DNA of 64,000 nucleotides from Escherichia coli (GTDB lineage Bacteria; Pseudomonadota; Gammaproteobacteria; Enterobacterales; Enterobacteriaceae): NCBI RefSeq assembly GCF_003334785.1, contig NZ_QOWV01000001.1; one strand, 5' to 3'. Shown piece by piece: positions 63,403 to 64,000 of this stretch (position 1 is its first letter; each line of letters starts with the position of its first letter). The notes under the pieces were generated by a model. It saw only the letters and a program-made list of their open reading frames with translations, ran no database searches and was not told where the DNA came from. The position numbers and the translations under genes were made by a program.

Positions 63403-64000
63403 ATGCGGAAACTCTGGAACGCGCTACGCCGACCCAGTGCTCGTTGGTCGGTACTGGCGCTGGTCGCAATTGGGATTGTGATTGGCATTGCGCTGATTGT
63501 ATTGCCACACGTTGGGATCAAAGTCACCAGCACAACCGAATTTTGTGTCAGTTGCCACAGTATGCAACCGGTGTATGAAGAATATAAACAGTCGGTGCAT
63601 TTCCAGAACGCCTCCGGCGTGCGAGCTGAATGCCATGACTGTCATATCCCGCCGGATATTCCAGGCATGGTGAAGCGCAAACTGGAAGCGAGCAATGATA
63701 TCTACCAGACCTTTATTGCTCACTCCATTGATACACCTGAAAAATTCGAAGCCAAACGCGCGGAACTTGCCGAGCGTGAATGGGCGCGAATGAAAGAAAA
63801 CAACTCGGCAACCTGCCGCTCCTGCCATAACTACGATGCGATGGATCATGCGAAGCAGCATCCTGAAGCAGCACGTCAGATGAAGGTGGCAGCGAAAGAT
63901 AATCAATCCTGCATCGACTGTCATAAAGGTATTGCCCACCAGTTACCGGATATGAGTAGCGGCTTCCGTAAGCAGTTCGATGAGCTGCGCGCCAGTGCTA
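63403..64000 (+). CDS. torC: Pentaheme c-type cytochrome TorC, N-terminal part running off the window
   Basis: ORF starting MRKLWNALRRPSARWSVLALVAIG with CxxCH heme motifs (CVSCH, CHDCH, CRSCH, CIDCH); not in the ORF track because it runs off the window end. Confidence 0.92.
   Translation, partial: MRKLWNALRRPSARWSVLALVAIGIVIGIALIVLPHVGIKVTSTTEFCVSCHSMQPVYEEYKQSVHFQNASGVRAECHDCHIPPDIPGMVKRKLEASNDIYQTFIAHSIDTPEKFEAKRAELAEREWARMKENNSATCRSCHNYDAMDHAKQHPEAARQMKVAAKDNQSCIDCHKGIAHQLPDMSSGFRKQFDELRASA

Overview
This window is an ordinary, well-characterised Escherichia coli chromosomal segment, colinear with the K-12 MG1655 region of roughly 0.99-1.06 Mb; I found no novel or undescribed system. Gene order is: ssuB (partial)-ssuCDAE (alkanesulfonate utilisation), elfADCG-ycbUVF (cryptic chaperone-usher fimbriae), pyrD, zapC, ycbX, rlmL, uup, pqiABC, rmf, fabA, ycbZ, matP, ompA, sulA, sxy, yccS, yccF, helD, mgsA, yccT, yccU, hspQ, rlmI, yccX, tusE, yccA, tRNA-Ser (serT), hyaABCDEF (hydrogenase 1), appCBXA (cytochrome bd-II and acid phosphatase), etk-etp-gfcEDCBA (group 4 capsule), cspH, cspG, ymcF/ymcE, gnsA, yccM, torS, torT, torR and torC (partial). 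Almost every ORF matches the expected K-12 protein length once over-extended ORF-track starts are trimmed, and there are no CRISPR arrays, integrases, transposases, phage genes or foreign islands. What does stand out are strain-level lesions relative to the K-12 reference as I recall it: a perfect 34-bp tandem duplication that frameshifts the elfC usher gene, an in-frame amber codon that removes the C-terminal tyrosine cluster of the Etk tyrosine kinase, the absence of the IS1 copy that sits between gfcA and cspH in MG1655, and a probable Glu-to-Val change in OmpA surface loop 2. All calls rest on reading the sequence and recalled knowledge of E. coli genes; no database search was run.
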